Of a stretch of DNA of 64,000 bases, positions 61,424 to 64,000 are shown piece by piece; position 1 is the first letter of the stretch; the number at the start of each line of letters is the position of its first letter. The notes under the pieces are model-generated. The model saw nothing but the letters and a program-made list of their open reading frames with translations, searched no databases and had not been told where the DNA came from. The stretch comes from the human T2T-CHM13v2.0 reference genome, Homo sapiens: NCBI RefSeq assembly GCF_009914755.1, contig NC_060937.1. One strand, given 5' to 3'. The position numbers were made by a program, and so were the translations under genes.

Positions 61424-64000
61424 TCTTTCTGTTGAACCATGCAAGGGATGACACTGAGGAGAACCCCAACCTCAAGGAAATAGACGGCAGCACTGATGGG
61501 CCAACTTTGGGTAAGTGGGGTGCATATACCTGGGTAAAGGATGGGATTGGGTTACAGGCCCAACTTAGGGGAGTTAAAGTCTCTCCTAAGACAGAATGGG
61601 CTAAAGGCCCCACTCAATAAAAGGCAAGGACGCTTGACTGAACTTGGGTTTGAGACTCAGCATAGGAAGGTTAGAGTCCTTCCTAAGATTTAGGGGGTTA
61701 GAGACCCCTCTCAGTAAAGTCCCTCTCGGCTAAGAACAGATTTGGCACTATGGGATGTTAACTGCTATTCTCTTTGGATTAATCTGCCTTGCACTCTTTG
61801 CTGATGTTGTGATTCACTCAGGATGGTGGAAGAAATATTAAAGGGAAATATTAGGGAAAGTTATAGGAAATAGTCACAAACCTTTTGGAAGGCCGAAAGG
61901 TTACATAGCTTGTAATAACTGAAGAGACTGAAGGCAGCCAGTTCTTACTTTGGAGCATTAGGTCATAGGGTAAATACTAGGGACAATAGAGTCTTCCCCA
62001 GTTAAGTCTGTTTACCCTACCTCCATTAACTAACCTTTGAGCTAGATGACCCTCTCAGGTGGATGTCGACCAGGCATACTGCCCCCTAATGGTATTTACT
62101 TTAGACTGGGGTACCTGAGCTTTAATCATGCCTAGAACTACTCTCTTAACCATGTTAATTATCCGCAAGTGTCTTTACTCAAAGCTTCTGTTGTTAATTG
62201 TATACCAAATAAATGCCTGGAGTGTGAGCTGCTCAGGGCCAGCCGCAGTGACAAACCTCTCTTGCTGTGCAGGCAGTCAGACACTCAGCTGGACTGGCAA
62301 AACAGAATATCTGTGTGTCAGTGTACGTTTTATTCATCTGTCATTTGGGTCAGGGTCTGCAGGCAGACCCCCGCAGCTAATGCCCTCAAGTATGAGGAGC
62401 AATACCTCATGCTGGCAGCTGCCGGTGACAGAATTAGGCATGTACAGGATCATGGGACTTAGGGGGCTTTTTCCTCCCTGAAAAAGGAAACTTGAGAGCT
62501 GATGGGATGGCTGGAAAAGATCCCTTCATGACCGACAAGGGACCGCCTGAAGATCCCTTCATGACTGACAAGGGATCACCTGAAATTTTGATTCAGTGTC
62601 GGCCACAATGGGCATGTCTTTCTCTGGCTTCCCTGAGTGCCTCGCCTTCCCCACCCTGCCACAGACAATGCTTTTCTCCCTTCCCTTTCCTTTCTTTCTC
62701 TGTGCAAACCAGTTGAACGCACGACAAAAATCATTGTTTATCTCCTCTATAAAGTTTTGGTTAATAGAAAAAAGGATTTGTGAGCCTAGTCTTAAGCTGT
62801 AGTGAATCTGGTGTGCTTTGTGTGTCTTTCTGTATTGTTCTGTCATAAAGAGGGGTACCTTAGGATAGAACATGGCCTTAGAACCCATAAGCCTACTCTT
62901 CAAGATGGCCTAGTAAACTGGTCAGTTATAAACTTTGCTGCAGATGCATGAAAAAAATAAACTGGATGGGGTTTCCCTCCTGTCTTCTATGTCCTTGGGA
63001 ACCATGTGGCCTTGCTTTCTCTTTTCACAATGGCAGCCCGGGTTCAGGGTTCAATTCCTGGCTTATGGAATGAGTCCTTTACCTGCTGAATGTCTGTGTA
63101 TTTGTATGTGTTGTGTGTGTGATATGAAAGAGCTTTGATTAATTGGTTTAAAAATAAGTGCTTAAATAAAATATTTTTTCAGAAAAGTAAAAAGTGTAAT
63201 GCCTTTTAGTTCACATGACTTTAGTAATCTTTGGGAAATAAAAACAGCCTTAAAGATTATTGGTAAAACAAAGACATTTGGTCTAAATTATGCAGTCAGA
63301 TATTAAGTTTGCTAAATGCTTTAAGGTCATAAACTGCTTCTTTGACTTTTGAAAATTGTTCAATTTATTTTGGAGCATTAGATTCTAGATAAGGCCTGGG
63401 AACATGTGAAATTAGCGTGCCCCCTATCTATGCAAAGAAGGTTATAAAGAAAAGAGATTTTATATAAGAAAGGATTTTGTATGGTAAATTCTTGTCCTAA
63501 AGTAAAATGACTGGTTGTTTAAAAAGAGGGATGTTTAGGACAAGTCAGAAAGTCAAAGCAGGTTGTAGATGGTCTGTGTACATTGTAAAAGAATTTATAA
63601 AGGGGATTTATGCAAGAAATGTACAATTTAAAGGTGATTAGGCCTCCTAAATGCTTCAAAAAAACACCACTATGACTCTTAAATGTACAGCTTGGTAAGG
63701 CCTGGGACACATGGAGTTAGACAACGGAAAGAATCAGACCTTATCTGCACTTCTGACTGGGTCCTAGGCTCCACACTAGTACATAATTAAACCCCTGAAC
63801 TTACCAAGGTTTTCACCAAAAGTAAAAGTCACTAAGAGTTAACATTGTAACATATAGTTAAGACTACTAAAGAAACAGTTCTATGTGTAAGGCATGTAAG
63901 GAAAGTGAAATGTGTTTTTGGTAAAAAAAAATATATATATATATATATAAACAGTCAAGGAAATGTGGATTTTTTTTGCCTAGATTAAAGGGTTAAAGTG
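61424..64000 (+). mobile_element. MER41/MER4-group ERV internal sequence (non-coding, interrupted by LTR22, runs off the window end)
   Basis: Directly follows the LTR; MER4-group internal motifs (aaagattattggtaaaa, ttagattctagataaggcctggg). Confidence 0.75.
61805..62409 (+). mobile_element. LTR22B-like solo LTR (HERV-K HML-5) nested in MER41 internal sequence
   Basis: TG...CA termini, aataaa at ~62208, gggtcagggtctgc...gacccccgca; TSD tgctga/tgctgg. Confidence 0.75.

Overview
Primate (human-like) genomic DNA, mostly interspersed repeats. It holds one complete four-exon protein-coding gene on the minus strand (CDS exons 44277-43864, 21140-20993, 18623-18383, 17391-17217; all GT-AG, phases 0/1/2, 978 nt = 325 aa). 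I recognise the protein as the uncharacterised C13orf42 (formerly LINC00371). Downstream of the gene is an ~8 kb composite retroelement (5935-13913). It consists of an old L1PA6-like 3' half, an SVA_D-like element with a 3' transduction, and a young L1PA2-like 5' half with intact ORF0 and antisense promoter. The two outer L1 ends share no target-site duplication. The rest is Alu, MIR, L2, old L1M, MaLR LTRs, LTR8, and a MER41A provirus with a nested LTR22. The best leads are the chimeric L1/SVA junction, a 98-bp-arm inverted repeat in intron 1, a CpG-decayed 17-bp minisatellite rich in p53-family half-sites, and a C13orf42 helix resembling the SARG/PROSER2 motif. No prokaryotic-type systems (CRISPR, operons, rRNA/tRNA) are present. 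Repeat subfamily calls come from recalled consensus sequences and their boundaries are approximate.
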